A stretch of 64,000 bases of DNA, taken from the NCBI GenBank assembly GCA_963845245.1, contig CAWJRJ010000020.1:32001-96000 (forward strand), read 5' to 3'. This stretch comes from Nitrospirota bacterium. Lineage in GTDB: Bacteria; Nitrospirota; JACRHJ01. Positions 53,332-63,821 of the stretch are shown here, in pieces. Numbering within the stretch: the first letter of the stretch is position 1; every line of letters begins with the position of its first letter. The position numbers and the translations under genes were made by a program. Under the pieces are notes generated by a model. The model worked only from the letters and a program-made list of their open reading frames with translations, was not told the origin of the DNA and searched no databases.

Positions 53332-54284
53332 AGGTACTCTTTGTTCTCCTTGTACCACTCCACGAACTTCCTGACCCCTTCGACAGCCTTTGTCTGGGGG
53401 TTATATCCGAGGACTCTTTTGGCTTTGGTGATGTCCGCATAGGTGATCGGCACGTCGCCTGGCTGGTCGGGATGATTCTCGATTACAGCGCTTTTGCCGA
53501 GATATTTCTCTATAAGGCCGATCAGTTCCCTCAGTTCGGTGGTCTGGGACTCCCCTATATTAAAGATATCGTAAGGCGCGTTGTAGTCGATTGCGTTTAT
53601 GACGCCGCTCACTATGTCGTCTATATAGGTATAGTCCCTCTTCGAGAGGCCGTCCCCGAACATCGGCACCGGTTTGCCCTGGTCGATAAGCCTGGTGAAC
53701 TTGTGGATGGCCATCTCAGGGCGCTGCCTCGGGCCATATACCGTGAAGAAGCGCAGGCAGGTGATGTTGAGTTTAAATAAGGCATGATATGTGTAGCAGA
53801 TAAGCTCGCAGGCCTTCTTTGTGGCCGCATAGGGTGAGATCGGGAAATCGACGTTGTCGGTCTCGGAGAACGGCACCTTCTCGTTCTTGCCGTACACGGA
53901 TGAAGACGATGCGAAGATGAAGCCTTTTATATTGTGGTCTCTCGACATCTCAAGAAGGTTCATCGTGCCCTTGATGTTGACGTCCTCGTACAGCATCGGG
54001 TCGACGATCGACGGCCTCACCCCCGCCCTGGCGGCCGGGTGGAATATCATGTCGAAGCCTTCTCTTGTAAAGAGCTCTTTCAGAAGGCCAATGTCGCGGA
54101 TGTCGCCCTCGACCAGCTTGAAGCCGGGGTTCTTGAGGGCCTTGGCAATGTTCCTCTTCTTTATCTCGGGCTTGTAAAAATCGTCGAAATTGTCCAGACA
54201 GACAACCTCGTCTCCCCGCTCCAAGAGCCTGTCTGTCACACTCGAACCAATAAAGCCCGCCCCGCCGGTAACCAGAATCTTCAT
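53328..54284 (-). CDS. NAD-dependent nucleotide-sugar epimerase (UDP-glucuronate 4-epimerase-like)
   Basis: [37 protein letters not shown]. Confidence 0.88.
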   Translation of the reverse strand: MKILVTGGAGFIGSSVTDRLLERGDEVVCLDNFDDFYKPEIKKRNIAKALKNPGFKLVEGDIRDIGLLKELFTREGFDMIFHPAARAGVRPSIVDPMLYEDVNIKGTMNLLEMSRDHNIKGFIFASSSSVYGKNEKVPFSETDNVDFPISPYAATKKACELICYTYHALFKLNITCLRFFTVYGPRQRPEMAIHKFTRLIDQGKPVPMFGDGLSKRDYTYIDDIVSGVINAIDYNAPYDIFNIGESQTTELRELIGLIEKYLGKSAVIENHPDQPGDVPITYADITKAKRVLGYNPQTKAVEGVRKFVEWYKENKEYL

Positions 54285-54384
54285 TTCATTAAGTCCTCAT
54301 AAATTATATTTCGGTTAACTTCTTTAATGCCATCTATTTGAAAATGTGAAGCTAAAAGCAAGAATTTTACTGCTTATAACAAAT

Positions 54385-55370
54385 TTATGCAAAGTTTTTT
54401 ATCGCTTTCTTTAATTGCTCCAGCTTTACTGTCGCCGTCCCTATCTCGCCCACCACGATCCCAGCCGCATGGTTTGCAATCATGGCCGCCTTGTCCATTG
54501 GTGCGCCCTGCCGCCAGCGCAAGCATGAATACGGCTATAACCGTATCACCCGCGCCTGTAACGTCATAAACGTCTTTTGCGACCGTAGGTATGTGTATCG
54601 GCGTCTCTTCGCGCCTGAAAAGGCTCATGCCGTGCTCACCGCGGGTTATCAGGACTGAGTCGTTTTTAAGCCTGTCAAGGAGCTTTCGTCCCGCAGCGGC
54701 AAGGGATGTGTCATCGGCTATGTCTATACCCGCCGCCTGCGAAGCCTCAAGGTTGTTAGGTGTTACTACTGTTACCCCCTTGTAGTAATCAAAATGGTTT
54801 ACCTTCGGGTCCACGGCAACCGGTATGCCGGTTTCCTTCGCTGCCTTTACCAGTCCCGCCACGAGCGCTTTCGTGACTACGCCTTTGGAGTAGTCAGAGA
54901 CTATTATTCCGGAGATGGACCTGATATTTCTCTTTACATAGTCCAAGTATCATCTTTTCCGACTCGGACGATATGTCGCCCCTGCTTTCCCTGTCGAAGC
55001 GGACGACCTGCTGGCTGTGGGCAATGACCCTGGTCTTGATGGTAGTCGGCCTGGAGGTCTCGACTACAAGTCCTTCGGTATCCACGTTCTGGAGCCTCAG
55101 CTCGTGGACGATCTTTTTCCCCATCTCGTCGTTCCCGACCACGCCGCAGATTATCGCCTTTCCGCCAAGCGAGGTAATATTGTTCAGCACGTTTGCGGCG
55201 CCGCCGAGCATGATGGACTCATTTTGTATGTCCACCACCGGGACAGGCGCCTCAGGAGATATGCGGCTGACCTTGCCCCATATGAAATGGTCGAGCATTA
55301 TGTCGCCCACGACAAGTAGTGTGGAGTCTTTCAGCCTGTCCAGGTATTTAATCAAATCCTTTTTATCCAA
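54385..55370 (-). CDS. rfaE1: D-glycero-beta-D-manno-heptose-7-phosphate kinase (apparent frameshifts near 54945 and 54500)
   Basis: VGDIMLD, RISPEAPVP, GGAANV, SDYSKG, TPN, DVTGAGDT, ANHAAGIVV (third frame). Confidence 0.9.
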
Positions 55371-55456
55371 AATCTCCCTCCGAAAATTTACGCTACAATA
55401 AATGTAACTTTAAAAATATTCAGCCGGTTGTGTATCGGAAATAATGTTTTCCTGTT

Positions 55457-56974
55457 CTAATGTTCCTTCAAATCCAGAAGGTCTAAATAAAGATGATTTA
55501 TGCGGTCTTTGAACACCGTTTTACTGAAGTCTTTTTCCACCTTTATGCGTGCTCTTTTGGCCAAGGAACAGGCCTTGTCCGGATTGTCCAGCAGCAGTTC
55601 AAGGTACCGCGCAAGCTCGTCAGGATTTTCAGGGTTGAACAAATAACCGGTTTTCTCGTGTTCAACAACTTCCTGGAGTCCACCTACCCTGCTTGCAATG
55701 ACCGGTACTCCACATGCCATAGCCTCCACGGTGGAAAGCGAAAAGCTTTCGCCGCTCCATACGGACGGTTGGACATAGATGGCAAAGGCCGGAATGATTT
55801 CGGGGATGTCATGTCTTACCCCCAGGAATACCACCTCGCCGGAAATGCCCATCTCAATGGTCTTTTGCTTCAGATAAGCTTCAAGCGGTCCGCCGCCCGT
55901 CAGAAGGCAGACGAATTTTCTGCCATCCTTCTTTAATTTCGCGAGTGCCGAGAAGAGGACTTCATGTCCTTTTTCCCCAGACAGCCTCGCGTTCATACCT
56001 ATTACCGGAATACCAGACTGAATGCCAAGGCGCTCTTTTGCTGCCTCCCCGTCTTTCGGGAGAAAAACCCCCGTGTCCACGCAGTTTGGTATCTTCGCTA
56101 TTTTATTGGGGTCGGCCAGGTACCCGTAATAACCGTCCACCATCTCTTTTTTCATAAGTCCCGTCAGGGCTATGATGGCGTCCGTCATCTTTAATGAAAG
56201 CAACCCGAAGGGCACAAGCTTCCTCCAATCGCCCTTGCATCCACCATGGAAATGGACAATCTTTATAGTCACCCCGGCCATAGTTGCCGCAAAAAGTCCG
56301 TATATACTCTCTTTAAATCCATGCGCATGGAGAACCTTGATCTGTTTTTCTTCCATTAAATTTTTTAGAATTGCAACTGTATCTATATCATAATCTTGTT
56401 TGTTGATGACCGTGACCTCGAAACCCATGTTTCTGAATTCGTCCACGAATGGTCCGCCCTTTAAAAAGCAAACAGAAGGTTCGAACATTTGTTTATCAAC
56501 GCACTCCAGCAGGTTTAGTACCATTATTACAATCCCGCCGACTTTGCCGCTTCTTACAAGATGCAGGACCTTTAATTTGCCTTCCGTGACACTCACTGTC
56601 GGCCTTGTCTTAAGGATATAAAATTTAATGGCAAACGCCAACCAATATACTGAAATTAATATTTTCTTAAGGCTTTTGAAATATTTATAAAAAAGTTCCG
56701 CTATTAACTGTGGTAATCCTATGGATTTTTGTTCACATGCCGAATTAACCCCCAAAATTTTGCCGTATTTAAAGAACGCCTTGAACTTAAAAGCAATATC
56801 TCCTTCAAAATTTTCCTTCGGGAATAACATAAGTACGTTCTGGTAGATGTCATCAGGCAATGAACTTCCGTCCGAGAAACTCAACGCGTTTACACTGGCG
56901 AGAGAACGAATAAATTCCTTATGCGTTTCTGAACGGTATCGTTTTATTATTAGTACTCGATTATTCTTTGTCAT
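55457..56974 (-). CDS. GT4 glycosyltransferase with about 130-aa N-terminal extension
   Basis: IPNCVD, ARLSGEKGH, ESFSLSTVEAMACG. Confidence 0.85.
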   Translation of the reverse strand: MTKNNRVLIIKRYRSETHKEFIRSLASVNALSFSDGSSLPDDIYQNVLMLFPKENFEGDIAFKFKAFFKYGKILGVNSACEQKSIGLPQLIAELFYKYFKSLKKILISVYWLAFAIKFYILKTRPTVSVTEGKLKVLHLVRSGKVGGIVIMVLNLLECVDKQMFEPSVCFLKGGPFVDEFRNMGFEVTVINKQDYDIDTVAILKNLMEEKQIKVLHAHGFKESIYGLFAATMAGVTIKIVHFHGGCKGDWRKLVPFGLLSLKMTDAIIALTGLMKKEMVDGYYGYLADPNKIAKIPNCVDTGVFLPKDGEAAKERLGIQSGIPVIGMNARLSGEKGHEVLFSALAKLKKDGRKFVCLLTGGGPLEAYLKQKTIEMGISGEVVFLGVRHDIPEIIPAFAIYVQPSVWSGESFSLSTVEAMACGVPVIASRVGGLQEVVEHEKTGYLFNPENPDELARYLELLLDNPDKACSLAKRARIKVEKDFSKTVFKDRINHLYLDLLDLKEH

Positions 56975-57016
56975 TTACAGATAATCTCCGAGACGCCGTT
57001 CTTGGCTGTCGTGATA

Positions 57017-57772
57017 TCAGGATTTAATTACCAATGCCGACATCTGTGTATACCTTCCTTGTCTGTCGGGCTTAAGAAAAGGGTTGCTGTTCATGTATAA
57101 GGACATAATGCTATAAAGATATTTGTAGGGTTTTATCCTTCCTATAAACCCGAGAAAACGGAAGGTTCTGTTGGAACGCCTTATTGTCTGCTCCGGGTGG
57201 CTTATGACAAGCTCTACTTTTCCAAAATGCCTGCAAAGCATCTCCTTGAACTCGTCAGGTGTGAATTCTTTTACGTGCTCCGGGTCTACTGGTATCTCGG
57301 TAAGCTTTACAGGCGTGGTTACGACGGCCGCGCCGCCATTTTTCAGAACCCTGTTAATTTCTTCAATGAGCCTTTCAGGCTCATTAAGGTGTTCCAGGAT
57401 ATCTGCGGCGACAACAGCATCAAAACTTTCATTGTGAATCGGCAAACGGCATGAATCCCCGCGAACAAAATCCGCGTTTGCGTTCCTCTCCTTGAAAATC
57501 TTCTTGGCCAACCCCAGCCCTGTCCCTGAATAATCAAGGCCGGTCACCTTCCATCCGTCTTTCGTCATCATGTAGCTTAGTGCCCCGTCCCCACACCCAA
57601 TGTCAAGCGCCTTCCGTCCGCCTGTCCCTGATTTTTTCAGGAGGTCCAGGACAAGGCTGTATCTGCCAGCCAGAAAAGGACTATGCTTCTTGACGGAACG
57701 ACTAAGCGCTTCCCAATGATACGCTCCGCGCGCGCCATATTTCTGGAATTCCTTTAGCGGCATATCAGGCAT
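57017..57772 (-). CDS. Class I SAM-dependent methyltransferase
   Basis: LDIGCGDG, FDAVV..DILEH, RVLK.GG...TTP. Confidence 0.88.
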   Translation of the reverse strand: MPDMPLKEFQKYGARGAYHWEALSRSVKKHSPFLAGRYSLVLDLLKKSGTGGRKALDIGCGDGALSYMMTKDGWKVTGLDYSGTGLGLAKKIFKERNANADFVRGDSCRLPIHNESFDAVVAADILEHLNEPERLIEEINRVLKNGGAAVVTTPVKLTEIPVDPEHVKEFTPDEFKEMLCRHFGKVELVISHPEQTIRRSNRTFRFLGFIGRIKPYKYLYSIMSLYMNSNPFLKPDRQGRYTQMSALVIKS

Positions 57773-57801
57773 TTTGATAACACGCTTTCAATGTGTATGC
57801 C

Positions 57802-58926
57802 CTATAATTTTGCATAAATTTTATAAACCTCCATGGTCTTGTCAATAGTTTTATCCCATGTAAACGTCTCAGCAGTAACCCTTGCCTCCGTGCCCGTCTT
57901 TTTCCTGGCCTTTTCGCAGGCAAGGTATCCAAGGGTTGATGCCAGACCCATGTAGTCGTCCGGTTTCCTCATGACAAACCCGTTCTCGCCATCCCGTATA
58001 ATTTCAGAGACCCCGTTCTCGTACGTGGTTATGACAGGCAGCCCGCATGACATCGCTTCGAGAGTGGCATTCGAGAATGGGTCGAACTTCGTCGGGAGGA
58101 CGAAGATATCTGCTGCACCGTAAAAATCCTCAGGCCTCGAAGTCTGCCCAGCAAAGACAACCATATCGGATACGCCAAACCTGGCGGCAAGTTTCAACCA
58201 CGGTTCCTGGCGGTCGCGGCCGACCACCAAAAGTTTCATGTCCCGTATTGCGCCGTCCATATCTTTTATCAGCGGCAATGCACGTATAGCCGCCTCAAGC
58301 CCCTTACGTTCGAAACCGGATCCGAGGAAAAGGGCCACGGGCTCGTCAAAAAAACCGTACTTCTTTCTTGTGTCCGCCCTGTTTTCGATGACGGCACTTG
58401 GATTGAACTTCTCAGTGTCCACGCCGTTATAAGCTACATAAACCCTTTCAGGAGGGATAGGGTAATGTTTTAGTATGCCTTTTTTTGACAGGGCCGAATT
58501 CGTAATGACTGCCCTGCACCCGCCGTCACGATACTGTTTCTTCTCCATGTTCAATACTACCAGGTCGCGCGGGTTGAGCGAGAACCTCCTACCGGCCATC
58601 TTCTCGATATATTCCGCATGGCAGCCGCCGCCGACAGTGACTATCCAGTCGTTGAACGGCCGTATCTGATTATGGATTATACCTATGTCAGTTCTTTTCC
58701 TAAGAGCGGCATTCACGTTTTTAGTGAAAGTAAGTATCCTCAGGAAAGAAGGCACAGAAATCGCAGGGATAATATTGACTTCTGCATCGAGGTCCATGTC
58801 CTCGACTTCGTTCGCGAAAATCGAAACCTCATGGCCCTGCCTCAGGAGTCCTTTTGCGAGCTGATACGTCCTTCTCTCGCTTCCGCCCTTGCGGTTGAAT
58901 AGTATGGAGACTAAGGCTATCTTCAT
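57802..58926 (-). CDS. GT4 glycosyltransferase (WaaG/RfaG-like)
   Basis: GGSER, YNGVD, GSGFERKG, DPFSNATLEAM. Confidence 0.88.
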   Translation of the reverse strand: MKIALVSILFNRKGGSERRTYQLAKGLLRQGHEVSIFANEVEDMDLDAEVNIIPAISVPSFLRILTFTKNVNAALRKRTDIGIIHNQIRPFNDWIVTVGGGCHAEYIEKMAGRRFSLNPRDLVVLNMEKKQYRDGGCRAVITNSALSKKGILKHYPIPPERVYVAYNGVDTEKFNPSAVIENRADTRKKYGFFDEPVALFLGSGFERKGLEAAIRALPLIKDMDGAIRDMKLLVVGRDRQEPWLKLAARFGVSDMVVFAGQTSRPEDFYGAADIFVLPTKFDPFSNATLEAMSCGLPVITTYENGVSEIIRDGENGFVMRKPDDYMGLASTLGYLACEKARKKTGTEARVTAETFTWDKTIDKTMEVYKIYAKL

Positions 58927-60017
58927 GCCGCAAGTCTGTGATAAAGCGCTTCAAGGTTGTCAAGCATTGCATTTAAGGAATGTTCCTTGACCGCCATATC
59001 ATATCCAGCCTTGCCCATACGTCCCACCCTGCCGGGCTCCGCAAGCAAATTCTTTACTGCATCCGCAATTGCAGCCGGGTCCATTGGAGGGACGAGAAAC
59101 CCGTTTACTCCGTCCCGTACAACCTCCGGTATGCCGCCGACTGTTGTGCCTATTACAGGTTTGCTTGCGGCCATTGACTGAAGTACGAACTGTGGAATAC
59201 CTTCAGAGGCGTAAGAGACGAGTAGGGATATGTCGAAGGAATTGATCACGTCTGCAACGTCTTCCCTGTGGCCTAACAAAAACACGTTTTTTGAGATTCC
59301 CAGTTCATCTATCCAGTTTATCATCCTTCTCTTCCTGCGCCCCTCACCCGCAAAAACCATCTTTATCTGAGGGTAATCTTTTAGGAGAATCGGTATGGCC
59401 TTTATTAAAAATTCATGCCCTTTCCAGCTCCTCAGGGCTGCTGCGGTACCAAGGACTATGTCACCCTGTCCTATCCCTAACTCGGTTCGCACCTTCTTGC
59501 CGTCGCCCGAGGAGAACCTTTCGATATCTATACCGGTCGGTATCGATGTGACCTTTTCCCCTGCCAATCCAAGCTCGTTGATAAGCTGCCCCCGGATGAA
59601 CTCGCCCGTTGTAATAATCGCATCGCACAGTGGACCGTAAACAAGTTTTGTCAGGACATCCTTCTTTAAGTCAGATGATATGTGTCTGGTCCTGACTACT
59701 TTGGCTCCGGTAAGCCGACCGGCAATGGATCCGATCCAGCTGTCCCTCGAGCTATGCGTGTTAATAATAGACACCTGCCTTTTTTTCACAATTTTGGCAG
59801 TCTCGTAAATACCGAGGACAATGTCGGCCTTATCCATCGGCACGTCGTAAGTCTCGATGCCGGACTCCTTGGCGCGTCTGGATATTGTGGTGTGAGATGG
59901 CGTCGCAAGGATCACTTCGTATCCGCGTTTTTTTACGCCCATGATCTCATTGAATATCCGTATCTCCTGCCCACCCCAACCGTCAGAGACTTCTGTATGA
60001 AGGATTACAGGTTTCAT
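58923..60017 (-). CDS. GT4 glycosyltransferase
   Basis: GWGGQEIR, HSSRDSW, RSWKGH, EGIPQ. Confidence 0.88.
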   Translation of the reverse strand: MKPVILHTEVSDGWGGQEIRIFNEIMGVKKRGYEVILATPSHTTISRRAKESGIETYDVPMDKADIVLGIYETAKIVKKRQVSIINTHSSRDSWIGSIAGRLTGAKVVRTRHISSDLKKDVLTKLVYGPLCDAIITTGEFIRGQLINELGLAGEKVTSIPTGIDIERFSSGDGKKVRTELGIGQGDIVLGTAAALRSWKGHEFLIKAIPILLKDYPQIKMVFAGEGRRKRRMINWIDELGISKNVFLLGHREDVADVINSFDISLLVSYASEGIPQFVLQSMAASKPVIGTTVGGIPEVVRDGVNGFLVPPMDPAAIADAVKNLLAEPGRVGRMGKAGYDMAVKEHSLNAMLDNLEALYHRLAA

Positions 60018-60895
60018 CCAGCAGTCCAGTGAGAGAGGTCCCTGCCGATCAGTGCAGAGAGTTTCTTGATGTCGGGCTGATACTTCTCAAGCAACTCTTT
60101 TTTCAGTTCCTTGTCGATCGGGGGAGCAGGTTTCGAATTAAGCTTCACCATGAACCCCCTGGCCTTCTCGATCATTCTTTTCGGAAGCGCCGCAGCTATC
60201 CGCGCCTGGAACGGAGTCGGGTTGTGTATGATTTTGTGCAGACCACGGTGTCTTACATTTCCTATGTTCTCTTTTTTAAGGACAGGGACAAAGTCCGGGT
60301 TGACTTCCAGAAACTCAAATATAGTCCTGAAAGTTTTGGCAGGTTCTGTCTTGAAATCCTCGAAGATCAATACAAGTACGTTTTCCTTGCCGAATTTGTC
60401 GATGTATCTCTTAACCTGCTCATAATAAAGTGCTCGGTTAAAATAATAAAAATTGCAAGGCCACGTTTCTTTCTGGTTAAGAAAGGCAGGGTCCTTCATC
60501 CTTTTGGGCTCGGCTGCGAGGGCGTCCAGGAAAGGAAGTTTCTCGCCGCGTTTGCCAAAACGTCCCATAAACCTCCATAGGGAAAAAGCGACTTCGGCCG
60601 GATTTCTCAAAGAGATGATGATTTTGATATTACCTAGCGATTTTTTTATGAGATCTGGAGACTCTTCTGCATAAAGGTACGCTGTAGTGGCCTCGCCGAC
60701 AGCTTTTTTGTCTTCTCCGCCTTCAAACAGCTTCCCATATGCCTTTAAGGTTTTAGCCTCTCCTCCCTTCCAATTAAGGAAGAATTTCGGCTCCTTGACC
60801 GGCATGAAAATCTGAGGGTGCTGCCTGAGGTTATGAAAAAGCGAAGTAGTGCCGCTTTTGGTAGCGCCTACTATCAAAAAATTTGGCAAGGTCAC
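60014..60895 (-). CDS. PAPS-dependent sulfotransferase
   Basis: PNFLIVGATKSGTTSL (5'-PSB), KEPKFF, GEATT.Y, LRNP..S (3'-PB); GTG start. Confidence 0.88.
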   Translation of the reverse strand: MTLPNFLIVGATKSGTTSLFHNLRQHPQIFMPVKEPKFFLNWKGGEAKTLKAYGKLFEGGEDKKAVGEATTAYLYAEESPDLIKKSLGNIKIIISLRNPAEVAFSLWRFMGRFGKRGEKLPFLDALAAEPKRMKDPAFLNQKETWPCNFYYFNRALYYEQVKRYIDKFGKENVLVLIFEDFKTEPAKTFRTIFEFLEVNPDFVPVLKKENIGNVRHRGLHKIIHNPTPFQARIAAALPKRMIEKARGFMVKLNSKPAPPIDKELKKELLEKYQPDIKKLSALIGRDLSHWTAG

Positions 60896-60947
60896 GAAGC
60901 AGCCTCCGGAATTCTTTCGTTCTTGGTTATGCGGATGCCAGTGCAGG

Positions 60948-61838
60948 TCACTTTGTGTACCATATCGATAATTTCCTTCCAAGCAGCTTCTCCAGCTTCT
61001 CAACATCGGACCGGTAGCTTGTCAGGAGTTCGTCCTTTATAGACGGCTCGAATGTGGGAGCTTTTTTTGCATTAATCCGTAAAAGCGTTTCTTTAATGCG
61101 GCTCCTTACACGTCCAGGCAAGAATCCGGCAAGAGCCTTTATTCTCTCGGGCGGTTTGCTGATAAGCTTTTGCAGGCCACGGTGTCTGACCTCTCGGCCA
61201 ACGTTGAAGCGGTCTATCGATGGCACGAAACTCTCATCAACGCCAAGGTACCTGAATACCTCTCGGCATTTCTCTATTGAATTCCCCGCAAATTCCTCGA
61301 ATATTATAACATGCACATTGTTCTTCCCGAATGTGTCGTAGTACCTTTTTACCTGCTGATGATAAAGCGCCCGGCTGTAATAATAAAAGTTCCCGTGCCA
61401 GCTGTCCTGGTTTTTCGCCTTGAATCCAGGATCGTTAATGCGGGCATTCTCTGCTTTCAATGCTGACTTGAAAGTCTGATGCTCTCCCCTTTTACCCAGG
61501 CGTCTCATATGGCGCCAGAGCGTGAAAGCCATATCGGCCGGGTTCCTCAGCAGTATGATTATCTTCGCATCCGGTACGAGTTCCTTTATCCTCGCAGGCG
61601 TAGTGGGGTCGTACAGGTAACCCGTGGACGCTTCCCCCACGGCCCTCTCCCCATTCCATCCTGCAAAGAGCGCCTCATACTCTTCAAGGTTTTTTACGTA
61701 TTTGTCCCAGTCTACAAAATAATGTGGCTCCTTCACCTTTGACATGAATATGTCCGGGTGCTGGTCCAGGTAATGGTATAAGGATGTCGTGCCGCTCTTT
61801 GCAGCGCCCACAATAAAAAAATTGGGTAGTGTCATCAA
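60948..61838 (-). CDS. PAPS-dependent sulfotransferase (paralogue of neighbour)
   Basis: PNFFIVGAAKSGTTSL, KEPHYF, GEASTGY, LRNP. Confidence 0.88.
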   Translation of the reverse strand: MMTLPNFFIVGAAKSGTTSLYHYLDQHPDIFMSKVKEPHYFVDWDKYVKNLEEYEALFAGWNGERAVGEASTGYLYDPTTPARIKELVPDAKIIILLRNPADMAFTLWRHMRRLGKRGEHQTFKSALKAENARINDPGFKAKNQDSWHGNFYYYSRALYHQQVKRYYDTFGKNNVHVIIFEEFAGNSIEKCREVFRYLGVDESFVPSIDRFNVGREVRHRGLQKLISKPPERIKALAGFLPGRVRSRIKETLLRINAKKAPTFEPSIKDELLTSYRSDVEKLEKLLGRKLSIWYTK

Positions 61839-61842
61839 ACCC

Positions 61843-62790
61843 TCAGCGCCATACCATGTCGCATTCCTTGCAAAGCTCCAGCTCCATGTGACGCTCTTCT
61901 GCCATTATCTTCCTGAAGTTCTTCATCGGCTCGCTCTGCCAGACCTCCATGACAGTCTGTTTGTTAAGGTCTCCCAAGACGAGTTTGCTCTCTAAGTCTA
62001 TGCAGCATCCGACGACTTCGCCGTTCCATGCCACACATAAAGATTTCCAGGGATGGCGGCAGGGTTTGTACTCCCTCTGTTCAATAGCATACTTGACGTC
62101 CGAATTGTCCTGCAGAGTCCCGGCGAAGTTATGGAAACAGATCGGGTGGAACTTGTCCACCGGAAGCCCCTTGAAGAGTCCCCTGAAACTATCGGTAACC
62201 TCGGGCGGCTTACCGTCCGGCCTTCTTTCTTTTATTACCTGTATTAAAGTGCGCGGCCGTTTTGCGCCTCTAGCCTTCTTAAGTTCAAGGAACCCCTTGA
62301 TGTTCTCCAGGGTGCGTTCGTATTTCGCGTTGACGCGCACCCTTTCATAGTAGTCCTTATCCTCTCCGTCGAAGCTGAATGATATCTCTTCCAGGGAACG
62401 GCAGTCGAGCAGCTTGGAAGCTATATCCTTTGTAAGTAGCGTGGCGTTGGTGTGGAGCCTTACCGGGATCCCGGCATCACCGGCCATCCTCATCATCTCT
62501 ATTATGTTTTTGTTGACGAGTGACTCGCCGCCCATAAACAGGTTGATCCTCTGTACCTTCAGCCGTTTCAGTTCGGCGAGGATCTTCTTGTACAGCGTGA
62601 GGTCCATAAACCCCTTTTTTAATATATGTCCCGTGCTCTGCGGACACATCACGCAACGGAGGTTGCAATGGTTTGTCGGTTCAATCCATGCTTCGCGCGG
62701 GGAGTAGTTCAGGTCTACACGCCTTGCCCTGTAGGCAGTGCTGTACTTGTGCCACAGGTATTTCATCGTATATTTTCTTATTAAATTCAT
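61843..62790 (-). CDS. Radical SAM protein with SPASM/twitch domain
   Basis: EPTNHCNLRCVMCP, GGES, TNA, C..PW....WNG.V..CC.D, CKEC. Confidence 0.85.
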   Translation of the reverse strand: MNLIRKYTMKYLWHKYSTAYRARRVDLNYSPREAWIEPTNHCNLRCVMCPQSTGHILKKGFMDLTLYKKILAELKRLKVQRINLFMGGESLVNKNIIEMMRMAGDAGIPVRLHTNATLLTKDIASKLLDCRSLEEISFSFDGEDKDYYERVRVNAKYERTLENIKGFLELKKARGAKRPRTLIQVIKERRPDGKPPEVTDSFRGLFKGLPVDKFHPICFHNFAGTLQDNSDVKYAIEQREYKPCRHPWKSLCVAWNGEVVGCCIDLESKLVLGDLNKQTVMEVWQSEPMKNFRKIMAEERHMELELCKECDMVWR

Positions 62791-63821
62791 AGTGATTCCA
62801 AAAGATTTATATATTTTGGGGCGATCGCACCCAGGCTGTATTCTCTCTCCACTTTATCCCTTGCGGCCATGCCTATGGTGTTTCTATGCTCCGGATGCAT
62901 TATGAGGGCCCGCAGTGCCTGAAGCCAGCCTGCGTCGTCACGCGCGAGAAACCCGTCTACGCCGTCGTCTATAATCTCATTGTTTGCTCCTACCGCAGAA
63001 CATACCGCAGGTATCCCGCAGGCCATATATTGTAACGCCTTGAGCGCGCATTTGCCTTTGGTCCAGATATCATCCGTCAGCGGCATCAGCCCTATGTCGA
63101 TTTTTAGCAAATCTTCGATCTCTGTTGCCTCCGACCACCTTAAATTCTCTACCTCTATGCCGTCCATGGCATAATCCTTGTCGGAAATCACCAGCAGTTT
63201 CATTCCGCCGGCCTCCTTGGCGATCACAGGCAATACCCCGGCCAATGAGTCAAGATATACGTGGTTTACAGAGCTTCCTATCCAACCCAGAACGACCTGC
63301 TTTGAAACACCTGCTGTCTTTGTCCTGTATCTCGTCAGGTCGATTACGGTCGGCAAAACCTCTACCCTCTTAGCTCCTTCCAGTATCATCCTGTTTTCAA
63401 GGAACTCGTTTCCAGTTATGACGGCCGTTGAGATACTGGCAGTTTTTCTCAGGCGGCGCAAAACCTTCAGCCTTGTAATAAACGACCAGTCCCCCTTGGG
63501 AGAGGTGAATATCGAGTCGTCAAGGTCGAAGATTATTTTTTTGCCAAGCGAGTAAAGCCTGCTCAAAAACCTTACGCTGAACAGCTTCTTTTGTATAAAA
63601 ATAAAATCCGCCCGGCTTGCGGCCTCGATGCATTCCTTCTCTTCCTTGCCAGTATACAGATATCCGGCAACACCGCTTTTTACTCTTAGGTTAGGTATTA
63701 CCTGCGCCTTATATCCATTCTCCTGTAAAAACGGCAACAGCTGATAGACCCTGTACCTGCTGCTCGCCCCGTCTCTCCCGGAAACAGTCAAAAAAAGTAT
63801 CTTTTTGCGAACAGGGCTCAA
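62787..63821 (-). CDS. GT4 glycosyltransferase
   Basis: SSRYRV, FDLDDSI, GWIGS, DIGLMPL, GKCALK.LQYMACG. Confidence 0.88.
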   Translation of the reverse strand: MSPVRKKILFLTVSGRDGASSRYRVYQLLPFLQENGYKAQVIPNLRVKSGVAGYLYTGKEEKECIEAASRADFIFIQKKLFSVRFLSRLYSLGKKIIFDLDDSIFTSPKGDWSFITRLKVLRRLRKTASISTAVITGNEFLENRMILEGAKRVEVLPTVIDLTRYRTKTAGVSKQVVLGWIGSSVNHVYLDSLAGVLPVIAKEAGGMKLLVISDKDYAMDGIEVENLRWSEATEIEDLLKIDIGLMPLTDDIWTKGKCALKALQYMACGIPAVCSAVGANNEIIDDGVDGFLARDDAGWLQALRALIMHPEHRNTIGMAARDKVEREYSLGAIAPKYINLLESL

